Shown here one piece after another: positions 31,933 to 40,829 of a stretch of DNA of 64,000 nucleotides. The first letter of the stretch is position 1, and each line of letters opens with the position of its first letter. The notes below the pieces were generated by a model. That model saw only the letters and a program-made list of their open reading frames with translations. It ran no database searches and was not told where the DNA came from. This DNA is from Pirellulales bacterium. GTDB taxonomy: Bacteria > Planctomycetota > Planctomycetia > Pirellulales > DATAWG01. The stretch spans positions 10,844-74,843 of the forward strand of contig DASZFO010000312.1 of assembly GCA_035939775.1 (NCBI GenBank), in the 5' to 3' direction. The position numbers and the translations under genes are program-made.

Positions 31933-32283
31933 CTATCGAAGCGGAAGATAGAAAACGCTGTTGCGCGCCTCGTCGGGCCTCGCACAAAACGATATCAGTT
32001 CCAAATCTTCGATGACCTCACCGACGCCCGGGCCCAATTGGTGGCAATAAATGACTGCAATGAAATCGCGCTAAGCGGCATGCCACTTGGCCGCGATTGC
32101 CAAAAGATCTTCGTCTTGCGTAAACAGCAGCCGATCGAGTTGCATGGTTCGCGCCAACAGAGTGTCGTCGTCATGCTCTCCGGTTCCATCCTCTTGCGAG
32201 GTCACGACATCAACCGCGCGGCGGCGAAGTCCTTCCGTGATCGCCCGCGGCACGTGCACGTCCATGTACAGCCCGAACGGCAT
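31933..32283 (-). pseudogene. DUF5615 PIN-like toxin interrupted by an in-frame TAG
   Basis: MPFGLYMDVHV...LFTQDEDLL...WHAA* then in frame RDFIAVIYCHQLGPGVGEVIEDLELI...NSVFYLPLR*; internal stop at 32071-32073. Confidence 0.8.
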
Positions 32284-32284
32284 C

Positions 32285-32599
32285 TCAGATTCCCTTCTCG
32301 GTGCGACGGCGCAGTAATTCCTCCCTGGAAACGGGTTGTGCGGGTCGGGTCGAGTCGTTGGCTGCGGCGGACGCCTTCGTCTCGGCGACCATCGATTCGT
32401 AATGGTCGTAGAAATACGTCAACACAGCGTAGACCTCCTCGGGCCGCAGGTCGGGATGCTGTCGCAGCAACTCCTCCGCCGTCCAGCCGTGGTGGTAATG
32501 CTCGGCGGCCAAATGGCTCACCTTGTACCGCGTTTTGCCAATGCGAGCCGTACCATCGGCGCCCAGGGTCAGATGCGGGTAGTGTGCGGACGTTGCCAT
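32285..32599 (-). CDS. DUF433 antitoxin-like protein
   Basis: ARIGKTRYKV, GWTAEEL...HPDLRPEEVYAVLTYFYDH; directly upstream of the PIN-like gene. Confidence 0.85.
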   Translation of the reverse strand: MATSAHYPHLTLGADGTARIGKTRYKVSHLAAEHYHHGWTAEELLRQHPDLRPEEVYAVLTYFYDHYESMVAETKASAAANDSTRPAQPVSREELLRRRTEKGI

Positions 32600-32723
32600 A
32601 GTTCAAGGCTCCCACGATTCAAGTCGGCGTGCGGAACGGCGCCTGGCTCTTATTGACGCCATCGTCACATTGTATCCTCCTGCCAGCCAAGAGCGAACGT
32701 CGATTGGCATCCGGGCCACCATT

Positions 32724-32831
32724 GTTGCGGCGCGGTCTCCCGACCGTGACGCATCTGCGACCGCATCTCGGATATGGGAATTGGGAGACCTTCGGTCGGG
32801 GTCTGTGCGGGGTCAGGAGACCCGCGCAAAA
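32724..32831. repeat. Degenerate GGAGACC-type palindromic repeat
   Basis: GCGCGGTCTCCCGACC...GGGAGACCTTCGGTCGG...GGTCAGGAGACCCGCGC; complementary ends. Confidence 0.5.
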
Positions 32832-32855
32832 CCTGCGCACCCTCGGCGACAGTTT

Positions 32856-33683
32856 TTATCCGGTGAGTGTGCCAGGCGGGACTTCGTCGGTCCAGACCTT
32901 GAAAGTCTGGAGCTGATTCGCGCCGAAGATTGTCGTGAGGGCGACGTCTGCGGCGTCGCGGCCCCGCGCCATCAACACCCGGCCAATGCGCGGCGTATTG
33001 TTTCGCGCATCGAAGGCGTACCACTGTCCGCCCAAGTAGGCCTCGAACCAAGCGCTGATGTCCATCGGATAAGGCGCGGCGGGCACTCCAATGTCACCGA
33101 GATAGCCGGTGCAGTACCGCGCGGGAATGTTCAGCGTCCGGCAAAATGTGATCGCCAGGTGCATGTAGTCGCGGCAAACTCCGATGCGCTCGCGGTATGC
33201 ATCCAGCCCGGTCCGATCGACTCGCGCTTGTTGGTAATCGAAGCGAATGTGCTGATGGACGAAGCTGCAGATCGCTTGCACGCGCTGCCAGCCGGGTTGA
33301 TACCGGCCGAACAGATTCCAACTGAGGTCCTTGAGTTCGCTGTCGACCTCGCAATAACGGCTGGCCAGCAGGAACTGCAACGTTTCATGTGGCAAATCTT
33401 GCACTTCTTGCTGCGGTGCATTCGGGACTTGCAAGTCGGGCAGGCCGCAGTCGTCGACGATCGCATCGTTGCGAAACAGCACTCGCCCGGCCGGGGCAAC
33501 GACGCGGCCACACCGGTTCCCGTAACAATCGGTGTAGTCCGTGACCGGCAGCCACGGTTCTGACTCAAGCCGCTCGGGCTTTCTAATGGTCGGCGAGCGC
33601 GACGGATGCAGGTATAGCATCAGCACGACGGCCGCCGGACGCGGAAAGGTAAATGCAACTTCGCAACCGACTCGGATGAGCAT
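32856..33683 (-). CDS. Transglutaminase-family protein
   Basis: MLIRVGCE, FLLASRYCE, GVCRDYMHLAITFCR, NIPARY, FDARNNTPRIGR, GRDAADV; start refined to ATG 33683. Confidence 0.9.
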   Translation of the reverse strand: MLIRVGCEVAFTFPRPAAVVLMLYLHPSRSPTIRKPERLESEPWLPVTDYTDCYGNRCGRVVAPAGRVLFRNDAIVDDCGLPDLQVPNAPQQEVQDLPHETLQFLLASRYCEVDSELKDLSWNLFGRYQPGWQRVQAICSFVHQHIRFDYQQARVDRTGLDAYRERIGVCRDYMHLAITFCRTLNIPARYCTGYLGDIGVPAAPYPMDISAWFEAYLGGQWYAFDARNNTPRIGRVLMARGRDAADVALTTIFGANQLQTFKVWTDEVPPGTLTG

Positions 33684-33898
33684 GGACTCCCGATCCAATG
33701 CCGCCCAGGATTCAAGGCAATAATATAACGAGTCGCGGAAGGTCGCGACCACCGAAATTGCCGCCTCCAAGATCGCCGGTTGCCTTGGTGGTGATCGCCG
33801 ATTGCGGTATTGTAGGTGTGCGCGGACCGCGCGGCAATCCGCGGCGATCATCTTTGCGTGGCAGCTCGAGAATGCCCGGTCGTGAGGTAAGAAGGTAA

Positions 33899-34519
33899 AT
33901 GGCCATCCATTATGTGTTCGCTTATGGCAGCCTGATCAACTCCGAGAGCCGAGCTAGAACCGGTGGGTCGGGCGTGGCGATTCCGGCCCGAGTCACGGGA
34001 GTCCAACGGGCTTGGAACTTCGTCGATCGAGAGTCCGGAATGACGGCGCTGGGCGTCGTGCGTCGCGACGAATCGGTGACGAACGGGACACTCGTAGCGG
34101 TTCGCTCGGCCGACTTGCCGCTGTTCGATCGACGAGAGCGAGGATATACGCGGACGAGATTGGAACGCGCGCGTGTCGTTGGCTGGAACGGACAGGAAGT
34201 CGTGGAAGACCCGATTTGGATTTATCTTCCCAACGAGCCTGGATGGCCCTCGAAGGATAGCCCCATCGCACAATCCTATGTCGATGTGGTGTTGGCCGGA
34301 TGCCTGGAGGTGGGTGCCGCCTTTGCTGCCGAGTTTGTGCGGACCACGACGAACTGGGACTATCCGTGGATTGACGACCGATCGACGCCGAGATACGCGC
34401 GCGCCATGCAGAACGTTTCGCGCGCCAAGCACCTCGAAATGGACAGAATACTTTTAGAGAACGGCGATCTCCTGCAAGGTCGGGGCCCACTTTTTCCCCC
34501 AGCCCCCGAATTTGGTTGA
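33899..34519 (+). CDS. Gamma-glutamylcyclotransferase-family protein
   Basis: YVFAYGSLIN, FDRRERGY, QSYVDVVL. Confidence 0.8.
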   Translation: MAIHYVFAYGSLINSESRARTGGSGVAIPARVTGVQRAWNFVDRESGMTALGVVRRDESVTNGTLVAVRSADLPLFDRRERGYTRTRLERARVVGWNGQEVVEDPIWIYLPNEPGWPSKDSPIAQSYVDVVLAGCLEVGAAFAAEFVRTTTNWDYPWIDDRSTPRYARAMQNVSRAKHLEMDRILLENGDLLQGRGPLFPPAPEFG

Positions 34520-34774
34520 CGACCTTGCGCGCGGGCAACTAGAATGGCGCGCGTTCATCGGAAGAACCGTCACGACGCGAACGGAGATTGAGGACTTGCC
34601 GGCGGCCGTTCAGGCCGCTTTGCGCCGGGGACGCTTGAGTCTCGGGTCGCTCGGCGGGTTCGCTGCCTTACGCTCGGCGAGACTTCAACGGCATTGCGGG
34701 GCGAAGTCCTTCGTCGGAGTTTAGGAGTTGGGCCGGGCGGGTCACGCGGGCGAGCTTCTGATTCGGAGGCGGCT

Positions 34775-36904
34775 ATGGACCTAAAGCAGGGCACGATGTG
34801 CCAACGCTCAGCCCGCGCATCGCTTCGCGCCGCCGCCATCGTTGCCGTCGTCGCGATCGTTTGCTGGCTGGCGATTCATGCGCACGCCCAAGTCGCCATC
34901 ATGGCGACCGCCGAGGCGACGCCGGACGATCAGGCCAACGCATCCAAGGGGTTTGCGGTTCTCAGGGCCGACAGCAAAATCGTCGAATTGATTGAAGACT
35001 TCAATCGCTACGCCGGTAAGAAATCGTGGGAACTTGCCTTTCGCGCCCTGAACTCGATCGACGAGGCCAACAACCGGGGCATGGTCCCGGCCGGCGACGG
35101 CTTTCTGGTGCCCGTCCGAGCCCGAGTGAAACAATGTCTGCTCCTACTTCCGCCCGAGGGGCGCGAAGCGTATCGGCTGTTCAACGACTCCGCCGCCAAG
35201 CAGCTTTGGGACCGCGTGCAAGACACTCGCGTCCGGATGCCGTCCGACGAGCTGGAGAAGCTGCGCAAGCTCGTTGAAGTCTATTTCCTGACGAGGGTCG
35301 GTGACTTGGCGGCCGATCGGCTGGGGGACGCGCTATTCGAGCAAGGCAACTTCGCCGGCGCGGAACAGATGTGGCGGCTCGTCGTCGAAACCTATCCCGA
35401 TAGCCAATTGCCGATTGCCAAGCTGCAGGTCAAGCGCTGCGCCGCTCTTTCGCAGCTCGGCCGCCGCGATGCGCTGACCGCAGTCGCGGCCCAGGTGCGT
35501 GAGCAGTATGCCGATCAGAAGGTGACGATCGGCGGGCAGGAAGTTGCCGCCGCGGAATTCGCCGAGTCGCTTCTCTCCGGCGGATCGCAAAGCCAGGCGA
35601 AGCCGTCTGCCGATGCCAAGGTGATCCAGTTGCCTGCCGCCGACGAGCCCGTCTGGCAGGTTCGCGTCGTCGGCCCCAACCTGACTGGGATAACCGATCC
35701 TCAAACGGGAATGCCGATGAGTTCGTCGAACCTTCGCACCGTTCCCGGCAGTGCCGTGGACGACAAGCGGTTTTACGGAAATTGGCTGGGAACGATCTAC
35801 GCGGCCGACTTGGAAACGGGAAAGATGCTGTGGCGCACGGGCAAATTCACCGACGCGACCCAACAGGTGACCAATTATCTTCAGCAGGGAGTGTCGCTCG
35901 ATAGTTTCTACTTGGTTTCCGCCGGCAGCAAGCTGCTCGCCATGCGTCAGGGATCGAAGAACCTGCTCGGTGAGCTGCTCGGCGGCCAATCGGGGCAAGA
36001 CAACAATCTGCACCTCGAATGTTTGGATGCCGCTTCGGGCAAGACGGTTTGGAGCATTCGCGGACTGGGGCAAACGATTGTCTCCGTCCCTTACGTCGTG
36101 GATGGCGTCGCGTATGCTGCCGCCATTGCGGCCAACAATTCGACCATGAACTTGGTTGCGATCAGCATGACTACGGGGCAATTGCAGTGGCAGGTGCAGC
36201 TCGGGACTCCGCAAAACACCAGAAATTGGCGCGGTGGCTTGACCTTCGGCGGCCCGAGCATGCTCGCCGTCGGTGGAATGCTGTACGTGGCGACGAACAA
36301 CGGCGCGTTTCTGGCCATCGACCTGGCCAGCCATCAGGTGGAATGGGCGCTTAAGCACGATACTAAGCCTCCCACGGACAACCAGCGATTCTGGTTCAAC
36401 GGCATGATGGTGACTCCGGTGGAAGCCCCGGGCACGCTGCTCGACGACAACGGAGTGTTTTATCTGAAGGACGGCTCGGCGAGTTTGCTCTACGCGCTCG
36501 ATCCTACGGCACCGAGCGTTAAGTGGAAACGGCCGATTTCCGCCGACGAATCGGTTGCCGCGATCGATGGACAAACGGCCTATCTTCTGGGGCATGAGTT
36601 GTCGGCGCTCGATCTGAAATCGCGAAAGCTGCTTTGGAGCACCAAGATTCCCGGCGAGAACGTCGCACTCAAGCCGCTGGCATGCCCCGAGCACGTCTTC
36701 GTGCCGACGGCCCGCGGAATCTTCGATATCGATCCTGCCAATGGCGATATCCGCCGCGTGTTCCGCGGCGCGGATCGCGAGTCGGGCCTCTGCCGGTTAT
36801 TGCTGGCCGGCGACAAGCTGATCGGGATCAGCGACACGGCGGTGACGGCCTATCCGATCCGGCGCGAGAAGACGACCAAGCTGAACTCGCAGGCGACGAA
36901 ATAG
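34775..36904 (+). CDS. Exported TPR + PQQ-like beta-propeller (BamB-like) protein
   Basis: Signal peptide; helical N-half; repeated ADLETGKMLW, LDAASGKTVW, LDLKSRKLLW blades; RBS GGAGG before ATG 34775. Confidence 0.78.
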   Translation: MDLKQGTMCQRSARASLRAAAIVAVVAIVCWLAIHAHAQVAIMATAEATPDDQANASKGFAVLRADSKIVELIEDFNRYAGKKSWELAFRALNSIDEANNRGMVPAGDGFLVPVRARVKQCLLLLPPEGREAYRLFNDSAAKQLWDRVQDTRVRMPSDELEKLRKLVEVYFLTRVGDLAADRLGDALFEQGNFAGAEQMWRLVVETYPDSQLPIAKLQVKRCAALSQLGRRDALTAVAAQVREQYADQKVTIGGQEVAAAEFAESLLSGGSQSQAKPSADAKVIQLPAADEPVWQVRVVGPNLTGITDPQTGMPMSSSNLRTVPGSAVDDKRFYGNWLGTIYAADLETGKMLWRTGKFTDATQQVTNYLQQGVSLDSFYLVSAGSKLLAMRQGSKNLLGELLGGQSGQDNNLHLECLDAASGKTVWSIRGLGQTIVSVPYVVDGVAYAAAIAANNSTMNLVAISMTTGQLQWQVQLGTPQNTRNWRGGLTFGGPSMLAVGGMLYVATNNGAFLAIDLASHQVEWALKHDTKPPTDNQRFWFNGMMVTPVEAPGTLLDDNGVFYLKDGSASLLYALDPTAPSVKWKRPISADESVAAIDGQTAYLLGHELSALDLKSRKLLWSTKIPGENVALKPLACPEHVFVPTARGIFDIDPANGDIRRVFRGADRESGLCRLLLAGDKLIGISDTAVTAYPIRREKTTKLNSQATK

Positions 36905-36935
36905 AGTCATCGTGTTGGCGATCCAGGAGCGACCT

Positions 36936-37808
36936 ATGAACAAGCAGCTACAGATTCTGCAACTCACTCGAATCGCTCGCTGGCTGGCAAGGCCGATTGC
37001 CGCAGTGACGACGCTAGCGATCGTCTCCGCGGCGCTGGCCGACGAGGGGATCGTCGTCCGCGGCAGCGGCTCGGCGACGGGCCGGCCGACGCAAATCGAG
37101 ATGTCGGCAACGCTCAGCGCCGAGGCCGAGTTGGCCGCCGATGCGAGCGTGAAATTTCGCGATGCCAAGAAGCGGGCTCTGGCCGCGATCGCCGGCCTGA
37201 AGAATCCCGACCTCTCGATCGTTCCGGGAGGCGTCTCGGTGGGTAGCGGCGCCGATGCCAACACCCAAATGATGATTATGCGCGGCATGGCGGTGCCGAA
37301 CACGACCCAGAAAGTTCGGCTCACCGAAACCAGTCGCATCGTCCTCGCCCACGCCGATAAACTCGAACCGGATGAGTTGCTCGACAAACTGCTCAAGATT
37401 CTCGACGTGGCCAAGGACGCGGGCTTTCAAATCGGTCCCGCTCCCGCGACAAATTATTTAGAGATGCAGCTCCGCGCCCAGGAAGGGGGCGAGGGAGGCG
37501 CCACGGTGTCGTTCAAGCTGCCCGATAGCACGGCCCTGCGCGAGAAGGCTTACGAAGCGGCCATCGACGACTCGCGAACCAAGGCCCAGAAGCTGGCCGA
37601 ATTGTCGCGTGCCAAGCTGGGGCGGATCTTGTCGGTGCATGAGGAGGGATCGGGCAAATCCGATTCCGACGTGGCGCCGATGATCATGTATTTTTACGGC
37701 GCCCTGGGGAACAAAGGTGCGGCGGAGGACAAGTCGCTCTCCAACTCGACCTCCGGCGATCTTACGCTGCACGTCAATTTGACCGTGCAATTCGAAATGG
37801 CAAAGTAG
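36936..37808 (+). CDS. SIMPL (DUF541/BP26) domain protein, paralogue 1
   Basis: Signal peptide; IVVRGSGSATGRP, LREKAYEAAIDDSRTKAQKLA, KLGRILSV, LTVQFEM. Confidence 0.78.
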   Translation: MNKQLQILQLTRIARWLARPIAAVTTLAIVSAALADEGIVVRGSGSATGRPTQIEMSATLSAEAELAADASVKFRDAKKRALAAIAGLKNPDLSIVPGGVSVGSGADANTQMMIMRGMAVPNTTQKVRLTETSRIVLAHADKLEPDELLDKLLKILDVAKDAGFQIGPAPATNYLEMQLRAQEGGEGGATVSFKLPDSTALREKAYEAAIDDSRTKAQKLAELSRAKLGRILSVHEEGSGKSDSDVAPMIMYFYGALGNKGAAEDKSLSNSTSGDLTLHVNLTVQFEMAK

Positions 37809-37844
37809 ATTCAAATTGATGCTTGAATAAGAAGGGACGGGCAG

Positions 37845-38693
37845 ATGAGTAAGCGCTCTCGAAATCTCGCCCGCAATTGCGCCGTGTACTTGCTCGCAAA
37901 TACGCTCTTGGCGCTTTCTGTCGCGTCGGAGGCTCGCGCCGCGCAGGGCGTGGAAGGGATCGTCGTGCAAAGTACCGGCTCTGCCTCCGCCCGCCCGACT
38001 CAGGTCGAGATGTCGGCGAAACTTGCCGCCGATGCGGAACTGGCCGCTGACGCGGCCGTCAAATTCCACGACGCCAAGAAACGCGCCCTCGCGGCGTTAG
38101 CCGCGTTGAAAAACTCCGATCTGTCGGTGACTCCCGGCGGCGTTACCGTCGCCGCTAGCCTCGATGCGAATTCCCAGCAGATGTTGGCGATGCGCGGCAT
38201 CTCGGCCGGAACGACGAACCAGAAGGTGCGGATCGCAGAGACCAATCGCATTGTGCTGGCCCATGCCGACCAACTCGAACCGGAAGAATTGCTGGCGAGC
38301 CTGCTGAAGATTCTCGATGTCGCCAAGGACGCTGGTTTCCAGTTCACCTTGCCGCCAACGAACGACTATTACGAGATGCAAGCCCGGGCGCAAGAGGGGC
38401 AGGTGGTTTTTTTGTTCAAGCTCCCCGATAGCACTATTTTGCGCAAGAAGGCGTACAAGGCCGCCATCGAGGATGCGAAAGCCAAGGCCCAAGAATTGGC
38501 CGACCTATCTTCGACCAAGTTGGGGCGCATCTTATCCGTGGTAGAGGGACCGGGAGGCAACATGCAGAGGGTTGTTTACTACAACTCGGCGATGAATCAA
38601 GCCGGCGGCGACGACAATGCGCTTACGAGCGTTTCCTCCGCAGAGGTCACGCTGCGGGTCAATCTGACCGTGCAATTCGAGATCGCGAAATGA
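37845..38693 (+). CDS. SIMPL (DUF541/BP26) domain protein, paralogue 2
   Basis: Same motif set (AAIEDAKAKAQELA, KLGRILSV, LTVQFEI); clearly homologous to the preceding gene. Confidence 0.78.
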   Translation: MSKRSRNLARNCAVYLLANTLLALSVASEARAAQGVEGIVVQSTGSASARPTQVEMSAKLAADAELAADAAVKFHDAKKRALAALAALKNSDLSVTPGGVTVAASLDANSQQMLAMRGISAGTTNQKVRIAETNRIVLAHADQLEPEELLASLLKILDVAKDAGFQFTLPPTNDYYEMQARAQEGQVVFLFKLPDSTILRKKAYKAAIEDAKAKAQELADLSSTKLGRILSVVEGPGGNMQRVVYYNSAMNQAGGDDNALTSVSSAEVTLRVNLTVQFEIAK

Positions 38694-38719
38694 GTTTTGT
38701 GGAGAGTAAAGGAGTAAAC

Positions 38720-39763
38720 ATGAAATCCATCTGCGGAACTCTGCTGGCCATCTCCGTCCTGTATATCGGCGCATCGTCCGCGCTGGCTCAAGACATCCTT
38801 CCCAAACACATCACGCCGCAAGCGCAAACCGCCATCAAGAAGGGCCTCGATTTCCTGGCCAAAACCCACAGCGAAGACGGCTCGTTCTCCGGCGACCCAG
38901 GCGGCCAGGCCTATCCCGTGGCCATGACGGCGCTCGCCGGCATGGCCTTCTTGGCCAACGGCAACACCCCGTCGCGCGGTCCTTACTCCGACCACGTCGC
39001 CAAGATCGTCGAATATCTGACGAACAACGGCCAGCCGAGCGGACTGATCAGCAGTGCTTCACAGGAGCAAGGCATCTCGATGCACGGGCATGGCTTCGCG
39101 CTGCTATTTCTAGCTTCCTGTTACGGCATGGAGACCAACGACCGGATGCGCGACCGGATGAAAAAGGTCATCAACAAAGCCATTCACTTGACGGCCAGCT
39201 CCTCGTCGAACGGCGGTTGGTCTTATACTCCCGGCACCGGGGACGAAGGCTCGGTGACCGTGACGCAGATCCAAGGCCTCCGCGCGGCGAGCAACGCCGG
39301 TTTCACGGTCCCCAAGGGGGCCATCGAAGGAGGCGTTCACTATTTGGAAATGTGCAAGACGCCGGAGGGAGGCATCTGCTACCAGCTTGGCTTCAACAGT
39401 GGACCGCGCCTGCCGATTTCCGCCGCCGCGATTGCCACGCTGTACAACGCCGGTGAATACGATTCGAAGCTGGCCGACTCGTGTCTGGCGTATGTCAGCC
39501 AACAGTTCGAAGTCCACAAAGGCACGTTCGACAAAGGGGGCGGGCACAACTACTACACCCATCTCTACGCCGCCCAGGGCTTCTACCAGGCCGGCGACAA
39601 ATACTGGGACGGCTACTTCCCCGGCGCCCGCGATCAACTGATTAAACTGCAGTCCGGCGACGGTTCCTGGCCCGGCGACTTCATCGGCCAGACCTACGGC
39701 ACGAGCATCGCCTTGATTATCTTGCAGCTTCCTTACAAGTATCTGCCCATTTATCAGCGCTAG
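38720..39763 (+). CDS. Secreted prenyltransferase/squalene-oxidase-repeat (alpha/alpha barrel) protein
   Basis: Signal peptide ..SALA; QW-like repeats GLDFLAKTHSEDGSF, NGGWSY, LQSGDGSW; C-terminal YLPIYQR. Confidence 0.8.
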   Translation: MKSICGTLLAISVLYIGASSALAQDILPKHITPQAQTAIKKGLDFLAKTHSEDGSFSGDPGGQAYPVAMTALAGMAFLANGNTPSRGPYSDHVAKIVEYLTNNGQPSGLISSASQEQGISMHGHGFALLFLASCYGMETNDRMRDRMKKVINKAIHLTASSSSNGGWSYTPGTGDEGSVTVTQIQGLRAASNAGFTVPKGAIEGGVHYLEMCKTPEGGICYQLGFNSGPRLPISAAAIATLYNAGEYDSKLADSCLAYVSQQFEVHKGTFDKGGGHNYYTHLYAAQGFYQAGDKYWDGYFPGARDQLIKLQSGDGSWPGDFIGQTYGTSIALIILQLPYKYLPIYQR

Positions 39764-39773
39764 AGGAGTTTCC

Positions 39774-40829
39774 GTGACCACCGAGATCGAAACTGAAGAA
39801 GACCTCGCCGGACTCGAGCGGCTCCGCTCGGCACGCGATTCGATTCGCCAGCAGATGGCCGGCACCATCGTCGGTCAGGAAGATGTGGTCGAGCAATTGC
39901 TCGTTTGCCTCTTCGCCCGCGGCCACTGCATCCTCGAAGGGGTGCCTGGGCTGGCCAAGACGTTGATGATCCGCACGCTCGCTCAGTGCATGTCGTTGGA
40001 TTTCAATCGCATCCAATTCACGCCCGACCTGATGCCTTCCGACATCACGGGAACGGACGTGATGTACGAGGACCGCGGCTCGGGGGACCGAACTTTCAAA
40101 TTCATCCGCGGACCGATCTTCGCGAACGTGCTTTTGGCCGACGAAATCAACCGCACGCCGCCGAAAACGCAAGCCGCGCTCCTGGAAGGAATGGCCGAGC
40201 GGCAGGTTTCCGTCGGCGGCGAGCGGCATCATTTGCCCGATCCATTCTTCGTGCTCGCCACGCAGAATCCGATCGAGCAGGAAGGGACCTACCCGCTGCC
40301 CGAGGCCCAGTTAGATCGGTTCCTGATGAAGGTGCTCGTCCGCTATCCGAGCGAACACGAAGAGCGGAGCATCTATCGGCTCACTTCGACTGGCAATCCG
40401 GTCGCGCCGACACAGGTGCTCAGCGGCGAGGAGATGCTCGCGCTGCAACGGATCGTACACAAGGTGCCGGTGAGCGATTATTGCGTCAACTATGTGGCGA
40501 ATCTGGTTCGCTCGACTCGGGCCGGCGATCCCAAGGCCCCGCGGTTCATCAAGGACTGGGTGCTTTGGGGAGTCGGGCCGCGCGGCGGGCAATCGCTGAT
40601 CGCGGCGGCGCAGGCTCGAGCCGCGCTCGATGGCCGCCCCGAGGTGGACGTGAGCGATATTCAGGCGATGGTCGCCGCGGTGCTGCGGCATCGGATCGTG
40701 CTCAACTACAACGCCGAGGCCCAGGGGCAAACGGCGGAAACGGTCATTCAAAAACTCGTCGATGCGATTCCGCTCGACCGCGCCGCGGAGCAAGCCCATG
40801 AGCGAATCGGTCACGTACTTAAAGCCTGA
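39774..40829 (+). CDS. moxR: MoxR-family AAA+ ATPase
   Basis: GVPGLAKT, RIQFTPDLMPSDITG, LADEINRTPPKTQAALL, ATQNPIEQEGTYPLPEAQLDRF. Confidence 0.95.
   Translation: MTTEIETEEDLAGLERLRSARDSIRQQMAGTIVGQEDVVEQLLVCLFARGHCILEGVPGLAKTLMIRTLAQCMSLDFNRIQFTPDLMPSDITGTDVMYEDRGSGDRTFKFIRGPIFANVLLADEINRTPPKTQAALLEGMAERQVSVGGERHHLPDPFFVLATQNPIEQEGTYPLPEAQLDRFLMKVLVRYPSEHEERSIYRLTSTGNPVAPTQVLSGEEMLALQRIVHKVPVSDYCVNYVANLVRSTRAGDPKAPRFIKDWVLWGVGPRGGQSLIAAAQARAALDGRPEVDVSDIQAMVAAVLRHRIVLNYNAEAQGQTAETVIQKLVDAIPLDRAAEQAHERIGHVLKA

Noticed and set aside
32071..32073. Programmed pyrrolysine or recoded TAG
   Set aside because: No pyl genes in view and TAG terminates many genes in this window; a nonsense mutation is simpler
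38720..39763. Squalene-hopene cyclase / terpene biosynthetic cluster
   Set aside because: About half the expected length, has a signal peptide, no DXDD motif, no neighbouring terpene genes
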